In this document: piece after piece, positions 23,236-32,816 of the stretch | Numbering within the stretch: the first letter of the stretch is position 1 | How the letters are laid out: each line of letters begins with the position of its first letter | From: Octopus bimaculoides | Taxonomy: Eukaryota | NCBI RefSeq assembly: GCF_001194135.2 | Contig: NC_068999.1 | Location: forward strand, 40,459,601 to 40,492,416 | DNA: 32,816 bases | Direction: 5' to 3' | Translations under genes and position numbers: made by a program | The notes under the pieces: generated by a model | Databases searched by the model: none | What the model saw: only the letters and a program-made list of their open reading frames with translations | What the model was told of the DNA's origin: nothing

Positions 23236-23423
23236 GTGGTGTTTCGGCAGGTTTAATAAGAAATATATTACTCTATGTTTGGTATTCGAGTACTATTTCT
23301 TTACAACTTCTTTTGCATTTATGCGCTTATTCGTGAATATATATATGCATGTACATAGGTATGTATAATGTATATATATAAGAAATTAATGCATAAACAT
23401 TAATGAATGAATGCACCAGAAGA

Positions 23424-23558
23424 TCCTTTTCTACTCTAGGCACAAGGCCCAATATTTTTGGGAAGGGGGCCAGTCGACTAAATTGAAGTCAGTACGCAAC
23501 TGGTACTTCATTTATCGACCCCGAAAGGATGAAAAGCAAAGTCGCCCTCGGCGGATTT
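23424..23558 (-). mobile_element. SINE family B, 5'-truncated
   Basis: CTACTCTAGGCACAAGGCCC...GGGGGCCAGTCGAC...CAACTGGTACTT..TTTATCGACCCCGAAAGGATGAAAAGCAAAGTCGCCCTCGGCGGA. Confidence 0.92.
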
Positions 23559-24646
23559 TGGATGCACCATAAGATCGCAACAAAGAACATGTGAAACCTT
23601 GAAGATCCAAATGGGGCTGACTCGCATGTATATCCATTATCGGCCTACACGTTCTTTTAAGATTAAGTTATTTAGCATATAAGCAAAAAAACAGATATTG
23701 CACATGTACTTCTCATATTTCATTGAAAGTAACAACTATATGTGACATTTATTCGTTTCTCCTTTTATGCTAAATACAGATATGCGTGTATGTAGATATA
23801 TACATATGCATCTTTAAATTGATAATTAGATAAACGATGTCATAATAAATATAATATATAGCGAATAAATTTATGCACATCGATAGTTAGATACACAGTT
23901 ACAGAAACAGAAATGGAAAGAGAGGGACAGAGAGAGACTTAGTTTCTCGATTTTTATTGGACAATAAAATGTTTTGATTTGTTGTTTACCTTGGAGCAAT
24001 TTTGGTTCTTTTATATTTTTTATTTTTTTATTTTTTTTGTAATTGTGCTTCTTTATGCCGTTGAGTTTTCGTACCAATTCTTATTAGTTACATTGTATCA
24101 CGGTCACACATAGACGCGCTAAAGAATGTACAAAAAAAAAATTAAATTCTCGAAGCTAAACAAGTTGCGAAAAGTTTGTTCTGGAAATAATATAAACATT
24201 AGATTTCAATACCTGAAGAACATTTTTTTTTTTTAAAAAAAGACATATATAAATAATTATGTAAATAAAAATAAACTGAAAATTTGAAAAGAAAAAAAAT
24301 AATAGCGAAATCTGGAACGAAAATAACTTGAACAAAGAAGTAAATCTATGCATGTGGAAAATTCTGAAACATAAACACAGACATCTTATTTGGTAACTGT
24401 TGCAAGAATTTTATAAAGAACATGATTTAATGAAATGTAAAATGTGAATGTTTTAAGAATTATAATGTCGTCAATAAGGAGAACTGAGAAACATGTCAAA
24501 TATCTGTATAACGTTTGTGAAATGATTTACTTCATGCTTCAGTGGCACTGGAGTAGAGGCTGTTTCCCTTGCCTTTGCAAACTTCGAAGATGTGCTGAGA
24601 CAAGTATATTTGTGGTTCATTTTGTATAACTTTCAGTTAATCTCTG

Positions 24647-24725
24647 AAGCGGCGAGATGTTAGATTCGTTAGCAAGTCGGACAAAATCCCGGCGAAGTTC
24701 GCTTTGTGTGGTGTCATCCGTTTGA
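24647..24725 (+). mobile_element. SINE family B, strongly decayed head fragment
   Basis: GCGGCGAGATGTTAGATTCGTTAGCAAGTCGGACAAAAT aligns to the head at 30272 (GGCAGCGAGCTGGCAGAAACGTTAGCACGCCGGGCGAAAT). It is followed by CCGGCGAAGTTCGCTTTG. Confidence 0.6.
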
Positions 24726-25104
24726 AATCGATTACATAATGTATCAGTTCAAATACTGGTCTCTATGTAATCGACATGTCTCTTACCGGCATCGCGTTCA
24801 TGGAAATGTTGTCATCTTGATTACTTATTCGGCATGGAAAATGGATAAATAGACAGTTGGACAACCGGGCGCTTAAAAAAATAAGAATAGAATTGATATC
24901 CGCTGGTAATATGGAAACGCAAATTGCATTCTGGATATTGTCTATTCTAGAGACTGAATGGGTTGATGAAAATATCCAAAGTTTTGGACAGAAAATATGC
25001 TTAATAAGGGGTCCTGTGTCGTGTAATTGTTGTACGTTTCAGTGGTTGATTTTTTATATTACTTGCCGTACAGAGACCGATGTTTTTGTCATAGAAAACA
25101 AACA

Positions 25105-25115
25105 GGGCAAAAGGG

Positions 25116-25161
<46 letters not shown>

Positions 25162-25291
25162 TAGATAGATAGAGATNNNNNNNNNNCAGAAGGAGCGAGG
25201 GAGAGACTTTGGTTCTAGCACAAATAGTGGATTTCTAGAATTCGTTTCTTATGTAGGGATTTAAATGCGTGCGTGGTTTTCAAGAGGAGAA

Positions 25292-25350
<59 letters not shown>

Positions 25351-25390
25351 TAGATAGATAGAGATAGAGAGATAGCGAGAGAGATTGTGT
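25105..25390. repeat. two (GA)n-(GATA)n compound microsatellites on either side of a 10-N gap
   Basis: Direct reading. The gap is at 25177-25186. Confidence 0.95.
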
Positions 25391-25699
25391 GTGATCGGGA
25401 AAAATATGAGAGACAGAGAGAGTTAAAAGGGTGTTTAGCATAACTGACATTCTAATATTACAAAAGTAAACTGAGGGAGATTTGTCTCTAACAGTTCATT
25501 CAAATTCAGAATTTTATATGGGACGGGAAATATTTTAGTTTTAAGAATTAAGTATTTTGTGTCTAGTTTAATTCACAAAACCGGTCGAGACCTCTACTGA
25601 CAATAAAACAGAAGTAGGAAAAACATTTCTATCAACAAAGGTCACGCAACTTGCACAAGTGGGCTTTGTAACTTCTCTCTGTAAACGTAGGACTGAATA

Positions 25700-26130
25700 T
25701 ATTTTGTACAAGCCCCGATGTATTTGCATTTTTTTTTAAATCCAACACTCGAATCCATCCTCATTGAAAGAATTTTGTAGACATTGCTTTTTCACAGCCA
25801 CTTTCACATCGTCTCTGTAATCAAATCGTTCATTACACAGACCAGATGTAAGTCAAAGTGCGCTATATCAGCGATTGCTGGTCGCGCCTGAATTTCACAC
25901 CAAAGACGTGTGTGATTACATATTATCATAGTGAATGTGGATCGTTTTCAGTTCCGTATTCGACTTCTTTCTCCTAATGAATTCTATAAGCACTTTCAGC
26001 TGCATTCCAAAAATTCATGAAGAATCAAGCTCACAGAATATGACTGTGTTCTAAGGGCGAAACAATGGGTCAACAGGATCGTAATTCATACACCTTCTCA
26101 TAGTTGATGGTCTTCCAGGCTGTGATTTTT
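25700..26130 (-). mobile_element. old mariner transposase remnant (catalytic domain), heavily decayed
   Basis: Manual - strand translation gives collinear mariner motifs across frameshifts: KTINYEKVY (26097-26111 region), LKVLIEFIRRKKSNTELKTIHIHYDNM*SHTSLV (HxDN at 25922-25936), PAIADIAHFDLHL (SPDLAPSDxHL-like, 25843-25869) and ERFDYRDDVKVAVKK...EDGFECW. Confidence 0.68.
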
Positions 26131-26444
26131 CTTATATTCTGGTTTTTCTCATTTTCAATCTTCTACCATGTTTGCGCATTGATCGTGATAATGGTGTCTT
26201 CTAAGTTAATCTGGAAGCTTACGTGGTTGCCGGACAGCCTGCACCTCATATTCATCAAGGACTCGATGTCAGCGAGTTGCTTCTGCTAAAACCCATCCGA
26301 TAGAGAACATGTGTTACCACGGCGGAAGCGGTACTCTACCAAGTGTACAACTTAAACGTCCAATGTCGATGAATAAAAAAAATTAGGCTTACTTTTTATA
26401 TTGACTCGGTATAAGTCTCGAATAAATATAGATTACAAATATTT

Positions 26445-26590
26445 TCATAAGGTCAGCAATTTCGGACGAGGGTGTAAATCAATGATATCAACCACGGTAT
26501 TCAACTGTTACTTTATCGAGGCGCGAAGGGTGTAAGGCAAAGTCTATCTCGGCGAAATTTGAACTCAGAACGTAAAGACGGACGAAAGGC
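26445..26590 (-). mobile_element. SINE family B, decayed
   Basis: CAACTGTTACTTTATCGA...AAGGCAAAGTCTATCTCGGCGAAATTTGAACTCAGAACGTAAAGACGGACGAAA. Confidence 0.85.
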
Positions 26591-27712
26591 CTCGTATTAA
26601 TATAATGAAATAGCTTTTATTATATACGAAGTAGGAGAAGAAATAGTTTTGACTTACTGATATCTAAGCGGATATATAAAATAGATCGTTTAAACTGTTC
26701 TAACACATATTTCGTGGTAATCCCGATAGTCTACCTATTCGTATATACTTTTACTTCATTATTTGTTTCTAGTTTAGAAGTAAGGAAAATCGTATAAGCA
26801 CCTAATTATGAATTATTATTGTTAACATAACTCCGGACGATTGTAAAAGATTGAAGTAGAAAGTAATTGTGTAGAAGTGTGAAACGATAATTTCTCCACA
26901 AAAGAAAACATTATTTGATGTTGAATTTGTGTTTATGTCAACGATGTGGCGGTGAATGTTATACTTCGACCAGTTATTAACAATATTGGTAAAGCTGATT
27001 TGAAAACATGACTAAATAAATTAACCTTCAATCAATAGAATATAATCTATTCCTATTCGTTTTATATTATTTATTCAGGAAACATAGGGCAGGAACAATG
27101 TTACATTAAGAAGCAAAATATATAAAAGGAGAAAAGGCAAGATGTACGCGTCTGATGGAAGTGGCTCCTCGCTGTTGAATATATAAAAAAGTCAGGACCT
27201 CAGGATATAAGAAAACTGCGCTTAATGAACGATATTATTAGTTGTTATGCAACGTTTTGCGTATCTCCGTCTACAGTCTAGACTGAGATACTAGACTCTA
27301 CACGAAGTGTTGTTTATAGTGCTACGGATCAGTATGAGAGATGTGTAATATAAATGACATGTGATTGGGGCTGTAAATGTGTATACTCGGGTATGTGCTT
27401 GCATGTTGATGATAGTATGTATTATTTTTATGTACAATCATACGTGACACTCTAAGTTTAGTCGGAAGACAACTGAATGTTTTAAACTTATATCTCAGGT
27501 GGCATATTCCTGCCCGTATTACTTCAAATGCATTATGACCCATCTAATCTTGATTGTATTATTTATCTACTTCAAAATGTTTCTTTCTTGTTTTAAAATA
27601 ACCCAATATGTATCATACCTAACGCATATACACCGTTCAGAGGCATGTTGCTGCGAAGTTTCGTCCGAGAGAGAATCTCTCCATAGACTTAGCCTTCCTG
27701 TGTTCGCTGCGC

Positions 27713-27714
<2 letters not shown>

Positions 27715-27782
<68 letters not shown>

Positions 27783-27830
27783 CGAAAGAGAGGAGAGAGA
27801 GAGAGAGAGACATACATACCTACATACATA
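27715..27830. repeat. (TA)n-(GA)n-(TACA)n compound microsatellite
   Basis: Direct reading. Confidence 0.95.
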
Positions 27831-29214
27831 AATAGATAGCTAAATTTTCTCTCGAAGGAAAATTCACCATCCCTCTCGAAGGTGCACATACTATCATATG
27901 ATACAAAAGTCGCTGTTTAAATTTAAAACCTTTCCATTAGCATACACGTAGTCTTCCATTTTATTTTGTCTCTACTATGATATGTATAGAGCAGAGTATC
28001 TTCTCGTGTCAACTAGATTGTTTTTTTTTTTTTTCATTGCTTTACTTTAACATGATCTAATGCGTTCATGTTAGGAATATTGTCTCTGTTTTTAAGGGTA
28101 TCTAGAAATACGTTATTTCTAGTCTCTTTTATTTTCGATACAGCAGAGAATGATTTTTCAATGAGAACAATCTATATATCTATTAATGGCTATTATACAT
28201 TTCTAATTTTACATTACCTACGAGCAAATATGATTGATATTCAAGTAAAAATGTCAGCGTTTGGCTTATAAACAGTAATTACCACATAGATACAATTATG
28301 TTCGTAAGCAATAAATAATCATTGAGTATTCATATCTTTCATGTATTTCACAAGGTTGATAGATACGTCATAAATGTGTAATACATAATAGTTAAGTCTC
28401 ACTTCCATTAGAGAGAAAATTGTAAAAATACAAGGCTTCAATCATTAAACAGAAAACTATAGATAGAAAATATGGAATAGTAAGTTAGTTGATATCAGAT
28501 AATCCGGGACTAAATTTAACTTCAAAAGCAAGATAAAAGCTTTCTTTTTTTGCATAGTCTGTGTATAAATGTCTCAATCATAACCAATATGTTAATAACA
28601 TCGCCATCTTCTCTACATTAACTGCCTAATATTATAAGCATATCATCGACTTTTTTCTAATCTTCTTCATCACATACATATAATCAAAATCATATTCGTG
28701 GCTATCATCGTCATTACGTAACTATCTCGACCTTATACCTACAAACACCAGAATCACATATGCTGTTTACGTGCTTCTGTTTTTTTTTTTTTTACAAAAG
28801 CAGCAATTTTATATACACCGAAACATATACATCCACACACGCACATGCACATAAACATATACATATATACATACATGCATACACACACATGTATATGTGT
28901 GTGTGTGTGCGCGTGTGTGTACGTACATATATATCTTCATACGTTTCTGTAAAAACCACACATATTTATAAGCCTGTATGTGAATATAAGTTTCTGTTTG
29001 AAAAATTGGGTGTGTGGATTTGATAATATAACACAGAGATTTTTGCATAAAAATATAAATGTAATTAAAGGTAAACAATTATTGATTGATGCAAATACAA
29101 GGCGCAAGCATCATTGAAACTTGTTTGCTATTAATATTAAAAATGGAAAATTTCGGAAGGATGTTCACGTACATGAAACATGTATCTACTCCTCTGTCTG
29201 TCCCCCTCTTTTTC

Positions 29215-29240
29215 TCTTGCTCTCTCTCTATATATATATG

Positions 29241-29274
<34 letters not shown>

Positions 29275-29303
29275 CGTGTGTGTGTGTGTATGTACATATA
29301 TAC

Positions 29304-29365
<62 letters not shown>

Positions 29366-29420
29366 TTATAGACATATATGCATATGTATATATATATACA
29401 TATATGTATATATAAACGAA
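29215..29420. repeat. (TC)n-(TA)n-(TG)n-(TA)n compound microsatellite
   Basis: Direct reading. It is the source of the many YIYI/CVCV pseudo-ORFs at 29086-29501. Confidence 0.96.
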
Positions 29421-30160
29421 GAACATACGCATATATCCATATTTTAAACACATACACATACGCATACGCGTCATATCTGGGCAAATATGTACATCAGACA
29501 TACGGAGATCAGCTTCCGTATTGAGTACTAAATGTTAATAAACAATTTATCTACATCACAAACTTCGTCAACCTTAAGTTAATTCTATAACTTCAATACT
29601 AACTTCGCGTTGGTGCTTTCTCCTCTATACCTAAGCATTGTTCCCTCATTTCGATGTATTAGACTATCACCGAAATTAATAGCCTTAATGGTACATTTGT
29701 CCACCCCCACCCCACCCCCGCTTAACGGCACGTCATGAACTAAGTAAATAATTTGTGTTCAATACAGTGTGAATCGAATATTTAAATTTATTTCTGACCT
29801 TCCGATTTAAACTATGTTCTGCATAAAATATTTCTTTTTTAAAGAATAATAACCAGGAAAACGTGAAAATATGCAACTTACGGAAGCCATATATATATAT
29901 ATATACATACACACACACANNNNNNNNNNNNNNNNNNNNNNNNNNNNNNNNNNNNNNNNNNNNNNNNNNNNNNNNNNNNNNNNNNNNNNNNNNNNNNNNN
30001 NNNNNNNNNNNNNNNNNNNNNNNNNNNNNNNNNNNNNNNNNNNNNNNNNNNNNNNNNNNNNNNNNNNNNNNNNNNNNNNNNNNNNNNNNNNNTATATATA
30101 TGTATATATATATATATATATGTATAATCCTTTAAGGTGGGTGTATGTATTTATGCATGC

Positions 30161-30268
30161 ATCTTTTATCTATTATAGCTTTCATTCATTCAGACTGCGG
30201 CCATACTAGGATACAAACGTCAAGAATCTTAGTCGGACACATCGAGCCTAGTAAATATTTTGGACTTA
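30161..30268 (-). mobile_element. SINE family A 3' tail fragment
   Basis: The - strand reads ...GTATCCTAGTATGGCCGCAGTCTGAATGAATGAAAG...GATAAAAGAT, homologous to 1551-1610. Confidence 0.7.
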
Positions 30269-30270
30269 TA

Positions 30271-30482
30271 AGGCAGCGAGCTGGCAGAAACGTTAGCACG
30301 CCGGGCGAAATGGTTAGGGATATTTCGTCTGTATTTACGTTCTGAGCTCAAATTCCGGCGAAGTCAACTTTGCCTCTCGACATTTCGGAGTCGATAAATT
30401 AAGTACCATTTGCGTACAGGGTTCAATCTAATCGACTGGCCCTCTTCCCAAAAATTTCAGGCCTTGTGTCTAGCGTGGAAAA
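30271..30482 (+). mobile_element. SINE family B, best-preserved full-length copy
   Basis: GGCAGCGAGCTGGCAGAAACGTTAGCACGCC (tRNA-like 5' half, A box) ... GAGCTCAAATTCC (B box-like) ... CTTTGCCTCTCGACATTTCGGAGTCGATAAATTAAGTACC (Meta/MESC-like) ... CAGGCCTTGTGTCTAG tail. Confidence 0.93.
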
Positions 30483-31239
30483 TAATTAATTTTGTCTTAT
30501 ATTAATAGCGACGATGACGCGAGATGACGCTGATTGCGATGAAGAAGATGGTAATTTTTCGAAAAGGAAATTGGTTTTCATCGAAGAGTTTAGTCAGTTT
30601 CAGCTGAATATTAAATTAACGGGAAATAACTAAAAATACAAAATACTCAAGTAAGGAATTATGAATCTACATGAAGAGTGCATGAACCGTTAGTTGAAAA
30701 GATTAATAAATCACCATCTGAGGTAGCTCTATTGATTAACTTATAAATATAACGTTGCAATCATGACTTGGAGATGACTAATTAAAATACAAAAAAAAAT
30801 GAGCATTAAACATAATGTTTTAATTAGTAAAAAGTTTTTAAAAATCAAAATATTAAGAGAGAAAATAAGGAATAATTAATAATCTAATAAACCAGAAAGC
30901 ATCGTATGTCAGGGAAAGAATATAAAGAAAAGAACTGGTAATTTGCAAACATATTTTTGTAGGGTGGGTTGGCCGGATTTTGCGGCCCACGATCTTGCTT
31001 TTCGTGTGTTGCCGAAATGGTTGTCTCGTGTGAAGATTTTCCCATTTGACTGACGATGATGTTGTACCATAGAGACATGCTCTCTTGCAAGCTCTTCCTA
31101 AAATTCTGTATCAAATCATGATTCTTGGTACACAATGGAACCCTAAAACGAAGTGCAGATAGAAAACGCAACAATCGTATTTTTAGCGTACATGCAAAGG
31201 ACAGGAAACATTCAAAATTTAAGTTGAATTACTTCCGGC

Positions 31240-31292
31240 CCTTAAATTCTGAGCTGAATTAGGCTTTCATCCTTTCGTGGGCTATAAAATAG
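31240..31292 (+). mobile_element. SINE family B internal fragment
   Basis: TTCTGAGCTGAATT..GGCTTTCATCCTTTCGTGGGCTATAAAATA matches the family B core. Confidence 0.6.
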
Positions 31293-31298
31293 AGCATT

Positions 31299-31387
31299 GG
31301 CAAATGGCGTAGTGGTTAAGAACGCCGGCTACTAGCCCCAAGCTTCCGAGTTCGATTGCAGGCAGTGACCTGAATAAAAATAATAAT
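31299..31387 (+). mobile_element. isolated tRNA-derived SINE head (tRNA pseudogene-like) with an AAT tail
   Basis: A box TGGCGTAGTGG (31305-15), B box GAGTTCGATTGC (31348-59), then GGCAGTGACCTG and AATAAAAATAATAAT. The acceptor stem does not close and the T arm is mutated, so it is not called as a tRNA. Confidence 0.75.
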
Positions 31388-31499
31388 CCGAAATTGCTTC
31401 TTTTGTGCCTAAATTTCGAGACCAGTATTATTACAACTGATAGCAATGGTATTTATATTAATCTGCTTATAAAATTAATGATACTAATTTTAATAATAT

Positions 31500-31703
31500 T
31501 TTCTATTCTAGGAACAAGACCCGAAAATTTTTGGGAAGGAGCCAGGCGATTAATTCGACCCCAGCACTTAACTGTTACTTAATTTATCTACTCGGAAAGG
31601 ATAAAAGACAAAATCGACTTCGGTGGAATTAGAACGTAAAGACAGACGAAATACCGCTAAGGACTTCGCCCAGAGTGCTAACGTTTCTGCCATCTCACCG
31701 CCT
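31500..31703 (-). mobile_element. SINE family B, near-full decayed copy
   Basis: AGAACGTAAAGACAGACGAAATACCGCTAAGGACTTCGCCCAGAGTGCTAACGTTTCTGCCATCTCACCGCCTT is the reverse complement of the family B head. Confidence 0.9.
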
Positions 31704-31749
31704 TAATAATTGTAATAGTAGCTTTTACCAATAACTCAGCATCCACAAT

Positions 31750-31855
31750 GCCTACAACTGTTACTACTACTTCTACCTCTACTACAACTACTACTACTAC
31801 TACCAACACAAGTAGTTGCACCACCACCACCATCACATCCTCACCAACCACCCCA
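31750..31855. repeat. degenerate (ACT)n-(ACC)n triplet repeat
   Basis: Direct reading. It produces the poly-Val pseudo-ORF at 31678-31863 (-). Confidence 0.9.
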
Positions 31856-32217
31856 CGTGACAAGAGACGTTTTGATCGTAATCAGTCAAAAAGCTAAGTA
31901 GACTGCCAGTGATCTGTTTGTTATTCTTGTAAATGAGTAAGTATTCTTTATTTGCAATAGACATCAGAGACAAAAAGCCAAATACGGTTAGCAACAAAAG
32001 AAAGACAGCTGCTCCATTATTCTATGTTGTTTCAGAGAGAGAATCGTTGTGAATGTCTGAAAGTAGACACCGTGTAGACATTTCTCGTTGAGTATCCATT
32101 GTGTTACCAGATAATATCTTCTGCACGCTATTGTTCGTTGTTAACATTTTTAAGCAAGCGAACCTCCGACGAACATTTAGATTGGCTGCATAGATATGTG
32201 TATACGTGCGATTATAT

Positions 32218-32253
<36 letters not shown>

Positions 32254-32684
32254 GTGTGTGGATGTGTGGATAGGTAGGTATTTATGATGTATATATGCAA
32301 TGGGTGGGTGCGTATATATGTGCGAGTACGTGTGAAAGACAAGGGGACAGGGAGCGGGTTGGTATACAAGAGCTATTAAACCGTGATGATGTTTATATTG
32401 ATTAGGTAACGCGAAATCACCTACAGTCTCACTTTAAACTCCCGACGATATACACCTACACACGTATAGACACGCACGCACACACACAAACAAACACACA
32501 CAGACACACACACACACACATACATGCATACAAACACAGTTATATGACGATATATATACTTGTGTGTGTTTATGTTTGCACGTATAAATATGCATATATT
32601 TTCCATATATATATATATATATAAGCAATGTTAATTCTCTAAATGAAGTATTAACAGTAACTGCACGATAAAGTGTAGTATATT

Positions 32685-32816
32685 GCCACTTAAGTGTGGC
32701 TGACCCCTAGGGGTGGATGTTACTGTTGCTTTTAGCCCCAGGAGGACATCTCCTCCAGCTGGCTTATCGACACACGACTGTGTCCTGTTTGCCAAGGGAG
32801 TTATCCCTCTCACCTC
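32685..32816 (-). mobile_element. GC-rich multi-hairpin element, probably a retroelement 5' UTR with a partial HDV-like ribozyme; runs off the window
   Basis: Five short hairpins in about 130 nt. The - strand reads GGG AUAAC UCCC ... GGGG CUAAA AGCAACAG, resembling the P1.1-P4-J4/2-P2 order of HDV-like ribozymes known from RTE-clade 5' UTRs. Confidence 0.45.

Noticed and set aside
25798-25847. + strand micro-exon with good splice sites (TTTCACAG| ... |GTAAGT)
   Set aside because: It lies antisense within the decayed mariner remnant, so the sites are probably fortuitous.
29498-29535. Hairpin ATACGGAG/CTTCCGTAT as a Helitron 3' end
   Set aside because: There is no CTRR|T terminus at the expected distance and no TC 5' end or Rep/helicase trace.
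654-30209. Long ORFs made of X residues or YIYI/CVCV/HTHT/poly-amino-acid runs
   Set aside because: Artefacts of N gaps and di-, tri- or tetranucleotide microsatellites.
31299-31372. Functional tRNA gene
   Set aside because: A and B boxes are present, but the acceptor stem does not close and the T arm is mutated. It is better explained as a SINE head.
32701-32775. HDV-like fold on the + strand (GGCUUAU as J4/2)
   Set aside because: The required L3 would be UUGCUUU, lacking the conserved C and G, and P1 does not start with a paired G. The - strand reading fits better.
1-32816. CRISPR arrays, rRNA, prokaryotic operons, telomeric repeats
   Set aside because: None seen. The repeats are eukaryotic microsatellites and dispersed SINEs, not repeat-spacer arrays.

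Overview
AT-rich eukaryotic genomic DNA from a gapped short-read scaffold, with ten N runs totalling about 3.7 kb, most abutting (TA)n or related dinucleotide tracts. The SINE families, microsatellite load and transposon remnants look like octopus (cephalopod) DNA; this rests on recognising the repeats, not on a database search. No host protein-coding gene, rRNA, true tRNA or CRISPR array can be supported. The ORF track is almost entirely N-run or microsatellite artefact, apart from pieces of dead transposons. The window is a transposon graveyard. It holds three mariner remnants (one internally deleted with both TIRs and TA target duplications), one maT/DD37D-like remnant, a CR1/L2-group LINE 3' end, an L1/Tx1 zinc-finger fragment, and about 16 copies or fragments of at least four tRNA-derived SINE families. 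The most interesting signals are RNA-structural. (i) A near-complete minimal type I hammerhead ribozyme at 20112-20148 (+) has a non-canonical CUGUUGA core, with a decayed relative at 4278-4312 (-); both look like Penelope-like element termini. (ii) The apparent 3' half of an HDV-like ribozyme lies on the - strand at the window end (32723-32816). (iii) A loop-less 118-bp palindrome sits at 13924-14041. (iv) A LINE and a SINE family appear to share a 3' tail.
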